Source: Polyangiales bacterium (GTDB lineage Bacteria > Myxococcota_A > Polyangia > Polyangiales > Ga0077539). Taken from it: a stretch of 64,000 bases of DNA. The notes below the pieces were generated by a model. That model made no database searches and had not been told where the DNA came from. It was given only the letters and a program-made list of their open reading frames with translations. The stretch covers positions 736,001-800,000 of the forward strand of contig JBGARZ010000002.1 in NCBI GenBank assembly GCA_044229975.1, read 5' to 3'. The translations under genes and the position numbers were made by a program. Below are positions 56,047 to 64,000 of this stretch, piece after piece (position 1 is the first letter of the stretch; each line of letters begins with the position of its first letter).

Positions 56047-57480
56047 ATGCGGCGGGTTCTCCTGGTTGACGACAGCCCTGCGCTTCAAGCCGCGGTGGCT
56101 CGGAAACTCCAGGCCAACGGGTGGGACGTTCGTCTCGCCGCCGACGCCGAGGAGGGGCTCATGTCCGCCCTTGCCTCGCCCCCCGACGCCGTCATCAGCG
56201 ACCTCTGGATGCCCGGCCTCTCGGGGCTCCAGCTCTGCCAGCTTCTGCGGGGCGATCCTGCGACGGCCCATGTCCCGGTGCTGCTCTGCACGGGCACCGC
56301 CGATCGCCGGTCGCGCTTCTGGGCGCACCGCTCGGGGGCCAACGCCTTCCTCGACCGCAACGACCCCGACGGCGTCCTCGCCGAGCTCAACGCCCTGGTG
56401 CCCGTCACCGAGGAGACCCTCCGGCGCGATCCCTCCACGGAGTTCGATCCGTCGCTGCGACGCAGCACCATTCCGGGTCGCCTCTCCATGCTCCTCGATC
56501 GCGCGCTCTTCGAAGCCGTCGTGGTCGGCGAGCTGCGCTCCCTCGCCTTCGACGCCGCCGACGTCGACGGGCTCTTCCTCGCCTTCTCCCGGCTGATGAC
56601 GGACATCGTCGCCTACCCCTGGATCGCCCTCTCGGTGCCGCGCCGCAACGGCGTGCGGGTGTTTGTCCATCAGCACCCGCGCCACGACGGTCGCGCCATC
56701 CCCGCGGCCGTGCAGTCCGTGGTGTCGCCCTCCGACGGGCCCGTCGAGCTCCACGTCATCTCCGATCCGCTCGCCTCCGACGAGCTCCCCGAGGGCACCG
56801 TGTCCGCGCACCCGGTGCTGCTCCGCGGTCGCCTGCTCGGGCGCGTCGGCATGTGCGCCTCGCGCTCGTCGCTGAGCCGCGATGAGCCCGCGGTGCTCGC
56901 CCTCGCAGCCCGCGAGCTCGCCCTCCCCCTGCACGCCGTCGGCCTCCTCGAAGAGACGCGGCGGCTCGCCTCGACCGACGCGCTCACAAACCTCGCCAAC
57001 CGCCGCGCGGCGACGCTGCGCCTCAACGACCTCGCCAACCGCGACGTCGACGCGGGCGCGCTCTCCATCGCCCTCATCGACATCGATTTCTTCAAGAGCA
57101 TCAACGACACCCACGGCCACGCCTCGGGCGATCGCGCGCTCTGCCACGTCGCCGAAATCCTCCGGGCCGTGGCGCGCGGCAACGACCTCACGGCGCGCTG
57201 GGGCGGCGAGGAGTTTCTCCTCGTGCTCGACGGAACCTCCGCGGCCACGGCGCGCGTCGTGGCCGAGCGAGTACGCGGATCCATCGCGCGGACGCCCTGC
57301 GTGCTCGACAGTGGGAAGAGCGTTCCGCTGACGGTGAGCATCGGCGTGGCGACCTTCGACGGACGCGGGCTCGACGCCTTCCTCGACGAGGCCGACCGCG
57401 CGCTCTACCGGGCCAAGAGCCGCGGCCGCAACCGCGTCGAGGTCGCCGGCGACGCGCTCACTCCGCCAGAACGAACGTAA
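56047..57480 (+). CDS. Response regulator diguanylate cyclase (REC-GGDEF)
   Basis: VLLVDD...SDLWMP; DIDFFK.IND.HGH..GD; RGND I-site and GGEEF intact. Confidence 0.93.
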   Translation: MRRVLLVDDSPALQAAVARKLQANGWDVRLAADAEEGLMSALASPPDAVISDLWMPGLSGLQLCQLLRGDPATAHVPVLLCTGTADRRSRFWAHRSGANAFLDRNDPDGVLAELNALVPVTEETLRRDPSTEFDPSLRRSTIPGRLSMLLDRALFEAVVVGELRSLAFDAADVDGLFLAFSRLMTDIVAYPWIALSVPRRNGVRVFVHQHPRHDGRAIPAAVQSVVSPSDGPVELHVISDPLASDELPEGTVSAHPVLLRGRLLGRVGMCASRSSLSRDEPAVLALAARELALPLHAVGLLEETRRLASTDALTNLANRRAATLRLNDLANRDVDAGALSIALIDIDFFKSINDTHGHASGDRALCHVAEILRAVARGNDLTARWGGEEFLLVLDGTSAATARVVAERVRGSIARTPCVLDSGKSVPLTVSIGVATFDGRGLDAFLDEADRALYRAKSRGRNRVEVAGDALTPPERT

Positions 57481-58324
57481 AGCAGAACTGCCGCGCCCCC
57501 GCGTCGGGTGTGGTCACGGTCATGGTCGCCTCGCCCGGCGCCGACGGCAGCGCGAGGCGGTAACCCACCACACCACGCGGCTGCCCCGTGCGGATGTCGT
57601 GGGTGATCTCGGGATGACCCTGCAATCGCAGCGTGAGGTGGGCCGTCACCACCGCGCCGCCCGCGAACCAACCTGCGTCGTCGATGCCGACCGCCCCGAC
57701 GAGGGAGCGAGCGGGCGGGAGACCGGCGAAGTGGATGGTGAGCGTTCCGTCGGTCTGCGGGTGCGCGTAGACGCAGCGGAGGTCGCCACCGTCGAAGCGG
57801 TGCGGCTCGGCGCGCAGGCGGTTCCACTCGGGGCCGTGGCAGGCGAGGTGCGGGCCTTCGAGGGGACACGGTCCGCCGTCGGCGCCGCCCACGCGCTCGG
57901 CGGTCATGCGGGTGCCGAGCTCATGCGTCGCGTCGAACACCACGTGCCCGAGGTGCCCCGTCTCGATGTCCCAGCGAAGCGCGCGACCGTCGTGGCCGAC
58001 GGGTGTCCCGGTGCCGAAGCGACCAAGGAGGGACGTCAGACCAGGGGCCGTCGGCGCGACGCCATACACCCGCCGAACGCCGCGGATGTCGTCCATCGAG
58101 GCGTTGCCCCAGAGTGCGGGGATGGGCGACGCGAGCGCCACCAGCTCGGGCGCCTCGTCGGTCACCACCACGAGGTCACGCCGGCTCGCCTCGCTGCGAA
58201 TCGCGCGAATCAGCGCGCGCCGCGGGTCGGTCTTCTCGCGCACGCCATCGAGCACGCGGTACGCGCCGACGAGCAGCAGCAGCCCGACGAGCACACCGAG
58301 AGCGTCGCGCGTCAGCGGCTTCAC
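57458..58324 (-). CDS. Membrane-anchored hypothetical protein with NPCBM-like C-terminal beta-sandwich
   Basis: GTGA coupling to asnB; N-terminal TM; YAHP and GAVGIDD motifs. Confidence 0.65.
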   Translation of the reverse strand: MKPLTRDALGVLVGLLLLVGAYRVLDGVREKTDPRRALIRAIRSEASRRDLVVVTDEAPELVALASPIPALWGNASMDDIRGVRRVYGVAPTAPGLTSLLGRFGTGTPVGHDGRALRWDIETGHLGHVVFDATHELGTRMTAERVGGADGGPCPLEGPHLACHGPEWNRLRAEPHRFDGGDLRCVYAHPQTDGTLTIHFAGLPPARSLVGAVGIDDAGWFAGGAVVTAHLTLRLQGHPEITHDIRTGQPRGVVGYRLALPSAPGEATMTVTTPDAGARQFCFTFVLAE

Positions 58325-60216
58325 CCGGCCTCCAGCCAGCGACGTCGCCAGTGTTCGAGCACCAGCAGCGAGTACAACACCTTGCGATGATCGCGCGCGC
58401 CCGAGAGGTGCTCGTCGAGGAGGCGCTGCACCGCCGCGGGCTCGAACCACCCGGTCGCTCGCAATCGCACCGGCGAGAGGGTGTCGAGCAGCAGCTCGCG
58501 CAATGGGCCGCGCAGCCAGCGACCGACGGGCGCGCCGAAGCCCTTCTTCGGGCGCTCCAGGATCTCCCGCGGAACCCGCGACCCCAGCGCGCGGCGGAGG
58601 AGGTACTTGGTGGTCGTCCCGCGCAGGCGAAGGTGCTCGGGGAGCGCGAGGCAGAAGGTGACCACCTCGGTGTCGAGCAGCGGCGCGCGGGCCTCCAGTG
58701 ACACCTTCATCGTCGCGCGGTCGACCTTCTGGAGAACACCCTCCGCCAGATACACCTGGAGGTAGAACGCCGTCGCCGCGTCGAAGTCCGTCGCCGCCCC
58801 GACGCCCGACGCCCGCGCCGCATCGAGCGCTCCCGAAGCGCCTCCACGCAGGGCCGATCCGAGCAGCGACGGAAGCGCGTCGGGGTCCATCGGCGCGAGC
58901 CAGCGGGCGTGTCGCTCGGCGCCGCGCGCCTTCAATCCCTGCGACATCTGTTGCAGCTTGAAGGCGGTGGAGAAGTTGCCGTCCGTCGCCGGCACGAGGC
59001 GCGCGAGCGTCGCGAGCAGACGGCCCGCGGAGGCGCTGGTCGGGAGACGAGAGAGCACCTGGTCGACCACGAAGGTGGGATAGCCCGCGAGGGTCTCGTC
59101 GCCACCATCGCCGCCGAGGGCCACGGTGACCGAGCGGCGCGCGAGGCGGGCGAGCATCGTCGTCGGGAGGATGGAGCTGTCGGCGTGGGGCTCGTCCATC
59201 GCGTCGAGGGTGGGCTCGACGAGGTCGATGAGCGCGCGCTCGGAGAGCACCTCGGTGACGTGGTCGGTGCCGAGGTGACGCGCGACGAGCTCGGCGTGGG
59301 TGCGCTCGTCGAAGGTCGGATCGTCGAAGCCGATGGCGAAGGTCTTCACCCGCGGGTGCGTCGCCGCCGCGCACGCCGCCACGAAGCTGGAGTCGATGCC
59401 CCCGCTCAGGAACACCCCCACGGGCACGTCCGCCACCAGCCGTCGCGCCACCGCGCGCTCGACCCGTCGCGAGAGCTCCTGCGTCAGCTCGCGCTCGTCG
59501 CCGCGCAGACGAACGCCCGTTCGCGGCGCCCACCAACGCTCGACCGACACGCCGTCGCGGGCCGTCCAGCGGAGGCGCTCGCCGGGGCCGAGCTTGCGCA
59601 CGCCCGCGAGGATGGAGCGCGGCTGCGGGACGAACTCATGTGTGAGGTACTGCGCCACCGCGACAGGGTCGACCTCGCGGCGCGCGTGCACCTCGGGGTG
59701 GACGAGCAGCGCGGCGAGCTCGCTCGCGAAGGCGATGCCGCCGCGACCGGACTCGTCGCCCAACGGTGCGTAGTAGAGGGGCTTCTTGCCGAAGCGATCG
59801 CGCGCGAGGGTGAGCGTGCGGGTCGGGGCGTCGTAGTGACCGAAGGCGAACATGCCATGGACGCGGTCGAGGGCGCGGTGACCCCACGCGTCGAGGGCGT
59901 GCAGCAGCACCTCGGTGTCGCTGCGCGAGCGGAACGTGTAGCCCGCGGCGGTGAGCTCATCGCGCAGCGCGACGAAGTCGTAGATCTCGCCGTTGAAGGT
60001 GAGCATCGACGACCCGTCGGGGCTGCGCATGGGCTGCGCGCCGAGCGGTGAGAGGTCGACGATGGAGAGCCGACGGTGGCCGAAGGTGCAGCCCGGGAGC
60101 GCGTGCACGCCGTGACCGTCGGGCCCGCGGTGCGCGAGGCGGTCACACATCGCCTGCACCAGCGCGGGGTCGGGGAGCGCGTCGTCAGGGAGGGCGAGGC
60201 CGGCGATGCCGCACAT
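58321..60216 (-). CDS. asnB: Asparagine synthase (glutamine-hydrolyzing) family amidotransferase
   Basis: MCGIAG, HRGPD, FNGEIY, RDRFGKKPLYY, LSGGIDSS, GDGGDE, KKGF. Confidence 0.93.
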   Translation of the reverse strand: MCGIAGLALPDDALPDPALVQAMCDRLAHRGPDGHGVHALPGCTFGHRRLSIVDLSPLGAQPMRSPDGSSMLTFNGEIYDFVALRDELTAAGYTFRSRSDTEVLLHALDAWGHRALDRVHGMFAFGHYDAPTRTLTLARDRFGKKPLYYAPLGDESGRGGIAFASELAALLVHPEVHARREVDPVAVAQYLTHEFVPQPRSILAGVRKLGPGERLRWTARDGVSVERWWAPRTGVRLRGDERELTQELSRRVERAVARRLVADVPVGVFLSGGIDSSFVAACAAATHPRVKTFAIGFDDPTFDERTHAELVARHLGTDHVTEVLSERALIDLVEPTLDAMDEPHADSSILPTTMLARLARRSVTVALGGDGGDETLAGYPTFVVDQVLSRLPTSASAGRLLATLARLVPATDGNFSTAFKLQQMSQGLKARGAERHARWLAPMDPDALPSLLGSALRGGASGALDAARASGVGAATDFDAATAFYLQVYLAEGVLQKVDRATMKVSLEARAPLLDTEVVTFCLALPEHLRLRGTTTKYLLRRALGSRVPREILERPKKGFGAPVGRWLRGPLRELLLDTLSPVRLRATGWFEPAAVQRLLDEHLSGARDHRKVLYSLLVLEHWRRRWLEAG

Positions 60217-60228
60217 GGACGGGCGCGC

Positions 60229-61227
60229 CTACTTCGCGGCGGGCGCAGGCCGATCGAGGTTGACGGTCTCGCCGACGAGGTAGGTCTTCTTCCCCTGGGA
60301 CTCGTGATAGGTGCGGATGAGAATCTCGCCCAGCAGACCCATCAACAAGAACTGCACCCCGAGCGAAAACAGGAACACCCCGAGGAGCAGCAGCGTGACG
60401 GGCTGGATCCACTCGCCGGGGCGGTGGAGCACGTGCTCCTTGATGAACTGCGCGACGAAGACGGCGCCCGAGAGGGTGCCCACCGTGCAGAGCGCGAAGG
60501 CCGGGCGGCCGAAGAAGTAGATGGGCTTGGTGGAGTAGCCGCCGAGGAAGGTGACCGTCAGCAGGTCGAGCAGCACCTTGAAGACGCGGCCGAGGCCGTA
60601 CTTCGAGACGCCCGCGACGCGCGGGTGGTGCGTGACCTCCATCTCGGTGACGCGGGCGCCCGCCCACGACGCGTAGATGGGGATGAAGCGGTGCATCTCG
60701 CCGTAGAGGCCGTAGGGCTCCAGCACCCAGCGACGGTAGGCCTTGAGGGTGCAGCCGTAGTCGTGGATGCGGACGCCCGTGACCCACCCGATGAGCCAGT
60801 TGGCGATGACGCTCGGGAGGCGGCGGGTGAAGGCCTTGTCCTTGCGGTCGCGGCGCCAGCCGGAGACGACCTCGAAGCCCTCGTCGAGCTTCGCGAGGAG
60901 CTTGGGGATGTCGGCGGGGTCGTTCTGGAGGTCGGCGTCGAGGGCGACGATGACGGGGCCGCGCGAGAGGTCGATGCCCGCGGCGATGGCGGCGGTCTGA
61001 CCGAAGTTGCGGCGGAAGCGCACGACGCGCAGCCACGGCCGCGTCGAGGCGGCGGCGCTCATCAGCGCGAAGGATTTGTCGCGCGAGCCGTCGTCGACGA
61101 GCACGGCCTCGGCGGGTTGCGGGAGCGTGGGCATCGCCGTGTCGAGCGCCTTGAACAGCGCCGGGAGCGACTCTTCTTCATTGAAGACGGGGATGACGAG
61201 GCTGAGGGCCGGGGCGTCTGTCGACAC
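60229..61227 (-). CDS. GT2 polyisoprenyl-phosphate glycosyltransferase (ArnC/GtrB-like)
   Basis: VIPVFNEE, VDDGS.D, RNFGQ, DADLQ, two C-terminal TMs. Confidence 0.92.
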   Translation of the reverse strand: MSTDAPALSLVIPVFNEEESLPALFKALDTAMPTLPQPAEAVLVDDGSRDKSFALMSAAASTRPWLRVVRFRRNFGQTAAIAAGIDLSRGPVIVALDADLQNDPADIPKLLAKLDEGFEVVSGWRRDRKDKAFTRRLPSVIANWLIGWVTGVRIHDYGCTLKAYRRWVLEPYGLYGEMHRFIPIYASWAGARVTEMEVTHHPRVAGVSKYGLGRVFKVLLDLLTVTFLGGYSTKPIYFFGRPAFALCTVGTLSGAVFVAQFIKEHVLHRPGEWIQPVTLLLLGVFLFSLGVQFLLMGLLGEILIRTYHESQGKKTYLVGETVNLDRPAPAAK

Positions 61228-61315
61228 GGGCGGCGGTCTATCACGAAACGCGTCGGGGCCGCGAAGGGACTGTGTGTCCCGGCGCGGCCCCGCAGCGATC
61301 GAGAGTGGTGTGCGA

Positions 61316-62479
61316 TCAGTCGCGCGGAGCGCCGGCGTCAGAGCCGGTCGAGCCGCTGACGCCGCAGTTGCCCGGGGTGCCGGCAGCGGCGCCCATCGGG
61401 GTGAGCGTGGCGGGGCGGGTCGTGAAGCCGAGGCCCACGCCGATGCCGCCCTCGGGGTTGTCACACGACACCGGGGTACCGGTGGCGATGTCGACGAAGC
61501 CCTGGATGAGCGGCGCCGCGGCGTCGCGGAACTGCATCAGCGCCGGGATGGTGGTGAGCGCGGTGATGAGGGTGGTCTGCTTCAGGTAGCCGCCGAGGTT
61601 GCCCTGGCTGCCGTCCGCGAGGTTGAAGCGGAGCTGCGTCTGGAAGAGATCCAGGTTGAGGGTCATGTCCATGATGGACAGCGGGATGGAGAAGTTGGGG
61701 CTGTTGGCGCCGGAGGCCGGCGGCGGGGCCACGCGGAGGCGGCCGTTGACGATGCTGCCCGTGAAGCGGAGGCGCGCCGTCGACAGGTCGCCCGCGGTCA
61801 TGAGCGAGCGGTTGTCGATGGTGTAGCTCTGGTTCGGCATCTGGATGTTGGCGCAGCTCGCGAAGTTCGCGAACGCGTACGGGTACACGAGCACGTTGAC
61901 CGAGGGGTCGTTGAGCGTCGGTCCGAGGGTGCCGTTGACGTCCGTCACGCGCACGACGATCAGGAACTTGCCCGACTCGACCTGCTCGTTGAGCGTGCCC
62001 TGCACGTCGAGCGACGGCTGGAACTGCTGGATGGTCTGCGCGACGTTGGGGAGCTGGTTGTCGACGCCGCCGCGGCAGCCGGTGCCGCCGCCGGCGCTGC
62101 CGGCCGCGCAGGTGCCCATGTTCTGATCGGAGTCGACGACCGAGAAGTAGTCGCCGTGGCTGCAGTCGACCGCGGTCTGCTGCGCGGTGGTGGAGGGCGA
62201 GTTGCGGCCGTCGAGGTTGAAGCCGTAGAAGCCGCGCGTCGCGGGGGGCTCAGCGCCTTCGTCGAGGAGCAGGTGGTTGATGACGTAGTCGTACGTCGCG
62301 CCAGGGCCCGAATCCTGCGGCGTGGGAGGCGTGTCGGTCGTGGGGTTCTGAACGTCGGTGCCGGTCATGCCACCGTCGGCCGGGGGCGTGTTGGTGCTTT
62401 CGCCGCCACACCCGACCGCAAAGGTGCCGATGAGACCGAGAGCTGCGAGCGAACCAAGAATCTTCGTCGAACGTGCCAT
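61316..62479 (-). CDS. Hypothetical lipoprotein (paralog of 23460-24338)
   Basis: GAGGAG RBS, lipobox AVGC, GFNLDGR, GVDNQ, NDPSV; strong codon bias. Confidence 0.85.
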   Translation of the reverse strand: MARSTKILGSLAALGLIGTFAVGCGGESTNTPPADGGMTGTDVQNPTTDTPPTPQDSGPGATYDYVINHLLLDEGAEPPATRGFYGFNLDGRNSPSTTAQQTAVDCSHGDYFSVVDSDQNMGTCAAGSAGGGTGCRGGVDNQLPNVAQTIQQFQPSLDVQGTLNEQVESGKFLIVVRVTDVNGTLGPTLNDPSVNVLVYPYAFANFASCANIQMPNQSYTIDNRSLMTAGDLSTARLRFTGSIVNGRLRVAPPPASGANSPNFSIPLSIMDMTLNLDLFQTQLRFNLADGSQGNLGGYLKQTTLITALTTIPALMQFRDAAAPLIQGFVDIATGTPVSCDNPEGGIGVGLGFTTRPATLTPMGAAAGTPGNCGVSGSTGSDAGAPRD

Positions 62480-62725
62480 TTGTCGAACTCCTCTAACGGA
62501 TGGTTGAAGTGCCCGCGGAGCACGCACGCGCTAGGCGTGCGGCCCACCGGGAAAGCAAGCGTTCCCGGATCTCGCACGCCGCGCAGGCCGTGAGCACCCG
62601 ACGACGCGCCCGGCTCTCTAGCATCGAAACTGAAAGCGATTCAACTAGCGGCTGACGCCTGCGGAGCGGCGTCCATGACGCACGGGAAGTTGGGTACGCG
62701 GAGGCTGCGTGCTACCGCGACAGCG

Positions 62726-64000
62726 ATGTCAGAGCCCGCGTTTGTGCACCTCCACGTCCACTCCCAGTACTCCATGCTGGAAGGCGCGATTCGCGTGAAG
62801 GAACTCTGCTCCCGCGTGAAGGAGCTGGGCATGTCGGCGGTGGCCCTCACCGACCACGGCAACATGCATGGGGCCATTGATTTCTATCAGAAGGCCAGCG
62901 CCTCCGGCGTGCAGCCCATCCTCGGCTGCGAGGTCGCCATCGGCCACGCCTTCCCCGGCGACAAGCCCGACAAGCACGGGCTCCACCGCCCCTACCACCT
63001 CCCGATGTTGGCCGGCTCCGTCGAGGGCTACCGCAACCTCATCGCGCTGGTCTCGCGCGCCTGGCTCGACCCGCCCGAAGGCGCGCCCGTGCAGACGGAC
63101 CTCTCGGTGCTGGAGCGCCACACCAAGGGGCTCGTGGTGATGACCGGGTGCCTCGGGGGGTTGGTTCCGCAGGGGCTGTTGCAGCACTCGCCGGAGGTGG
63201 CGCGGACGACGCTCGCGACGCTCAAGGAGATGCTCGACCCGGGGCACCTCTTCGTGGAGCTGCAAGACCACGGACTGCTGGAGCAGGCGCCGCTCAATCG
63301 CATCCTCATCGAGCTGGCCAAGGAGCTCGACCTGCCCGTGGTAGCGAGCAACGACGCGCACTACCTGAAGCGCGACGACGCGGGCGCGCAGCGGGCGCTC
63401 ACGTGCATCGCGTCGGGCATGAGCCTCGACGAGGCCGAGCAGTCGGGCGTGCAGTCCGACGAGATGTTCTTGAAGAGCCCGCGCGAGATGGCGTCGACCT
63501 TCGGGGACATCCCCGGCGCGCTGTCCAACACCCTGCTCATCGCCGAGATGTGCAAGGTGAAGCTCGACCTCAACAAGCCGATGCTGCCCAACTTCCGCGA
63601 CGCCGACGGTCGGGTGGTGGAGGACATCGACGAGCTCTTCGCGGGGCTGTGCCGCAAGGGGCTCGAAGAGAAGCGCTTCGTCTCCTTCCGCAAGCAGAAC
63701 AAGCGCTTCGACGCGGCGAAGTACCGCGAGCGCCTGGAGATCGAGATCAAGGTCATCTGCGGGATGAAGTTCCCGGGGTACTTCCTCATCGTCCAGGACT
63801 TCATCAACTGGGGGAAGAACAACGGCGTGCCGGTGGGCCCCGGCCGCGGCTCGGGCGCGGGCTCGCTGGTCGCCTACGCGCTCGGCATCACGGACATCGA
63901 CCCCATCCCGTACGACCTGCTCTTCGAGCGCTTCTTGAACCCCGAGCGCGTCTCGATGCCGGACTTCGACGTCGACTTCTGCATGCTCAAGCGCGAGAAG
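62726..64000 (+). CDS. dnaE: DNA polymerase III alpha subunit, 3' partial (not in the ORF track)
   Basis: [11 protein letters not shown] (PHP), [54 protein letters not shown]. Confidence 0.98.
   Translation, partial: MSEPAFVHLHVHSQYSMLEGAIRVKELCSRVKELGMSAVALTDHGNMHGAIDFYQKASASGVQPILGCEVAIGHAFPGDKPDKHGLHRPYHLPMLAGSVEGYRNLIALVSRAWLDPPEGAPVQTDLSVLERHTKGLVVMTGCLGGLVPQGLLQHSPEVARTTLATLKEMLDPGHLFVELQDHGLLEQAPLNRILIELAKELDLPVVASNDAHYLKRDDAGAQRALTCIASGMSLDEAEQSGVQSDEMFLKSPREMASTFGDIPGALSNTLLIAEMCKVKLDLNKPMLPNFRDADGRVVEDIDELFAGLCRKGLEEKRFVSFRKQNKRFDAAKYRERLEIEIKVICGMKFPGYFLIVQDFINWGKNNGVPVGPGRGSGAGSLVAYALGITDIDPIPYDLLFERFLNPERVSMPDFDVDFCMLKREK

Noticed and set aside
2333..63822. Numerous long antisense or overlapping ORFs in the track (e.g. 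2333-4261, 9458-11323, 20327-22012, 61007-62593, 62729-63822)
   Set aside because: Expected shadow ORFs in high-GC DNA, lying opposite well-supported genes.
1..64000. CRISPR arrays, rRNA genes, IS transposases, integrases, phage structural genes
   Set aside because: No regularly spaced repeats or matching protein motifs were seen by eye.

Overview
GC-rich bacterial chromosomal window. The gene content (Pro/Asp-rich lipoproteins, a Ser/Thr kinase, a DUF1592/DUF1552 pair, an ECF/FecR-type pair) suggests a myxobacterium (Myxococcota); this is an inference. About 55 CDS and one tRNA-Asn(GTT) are supported. Housekeeping genes include rsmB, an S1-domain RpsA-like protein, dksA, bpt, dprA-topA-trmFO and the 5' part of dnaE. 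Most notable: (1) an integrase-less ~4.9-kb islet at the 3' end of tRNA-Asn, bounded by a degenerate copy of the tRNA 3' end, carrying a redox-stress module and a frameshifted DUF429 gene; (2) a solitary, shortened FlhA/SctV export-gate homolog with no other type III genes in the window; (3) a tightly coupled DUF58-transglutaminase-MoxR operon extended by a secreted helical-repeat protein and two tandem paralogous secreted proteins ending in Cys-Ser-Arg; (4) two distant paralogous lipoproteins sharing GF[DN]LDGR/G[IV]DNQ/NDP motifs; (5) a perfect FadR-type operator; (6) several probable leaderless genes and two small membrane ORFs missing from the ORF track. All family calls come from motif recognition by eye; no searches were run.
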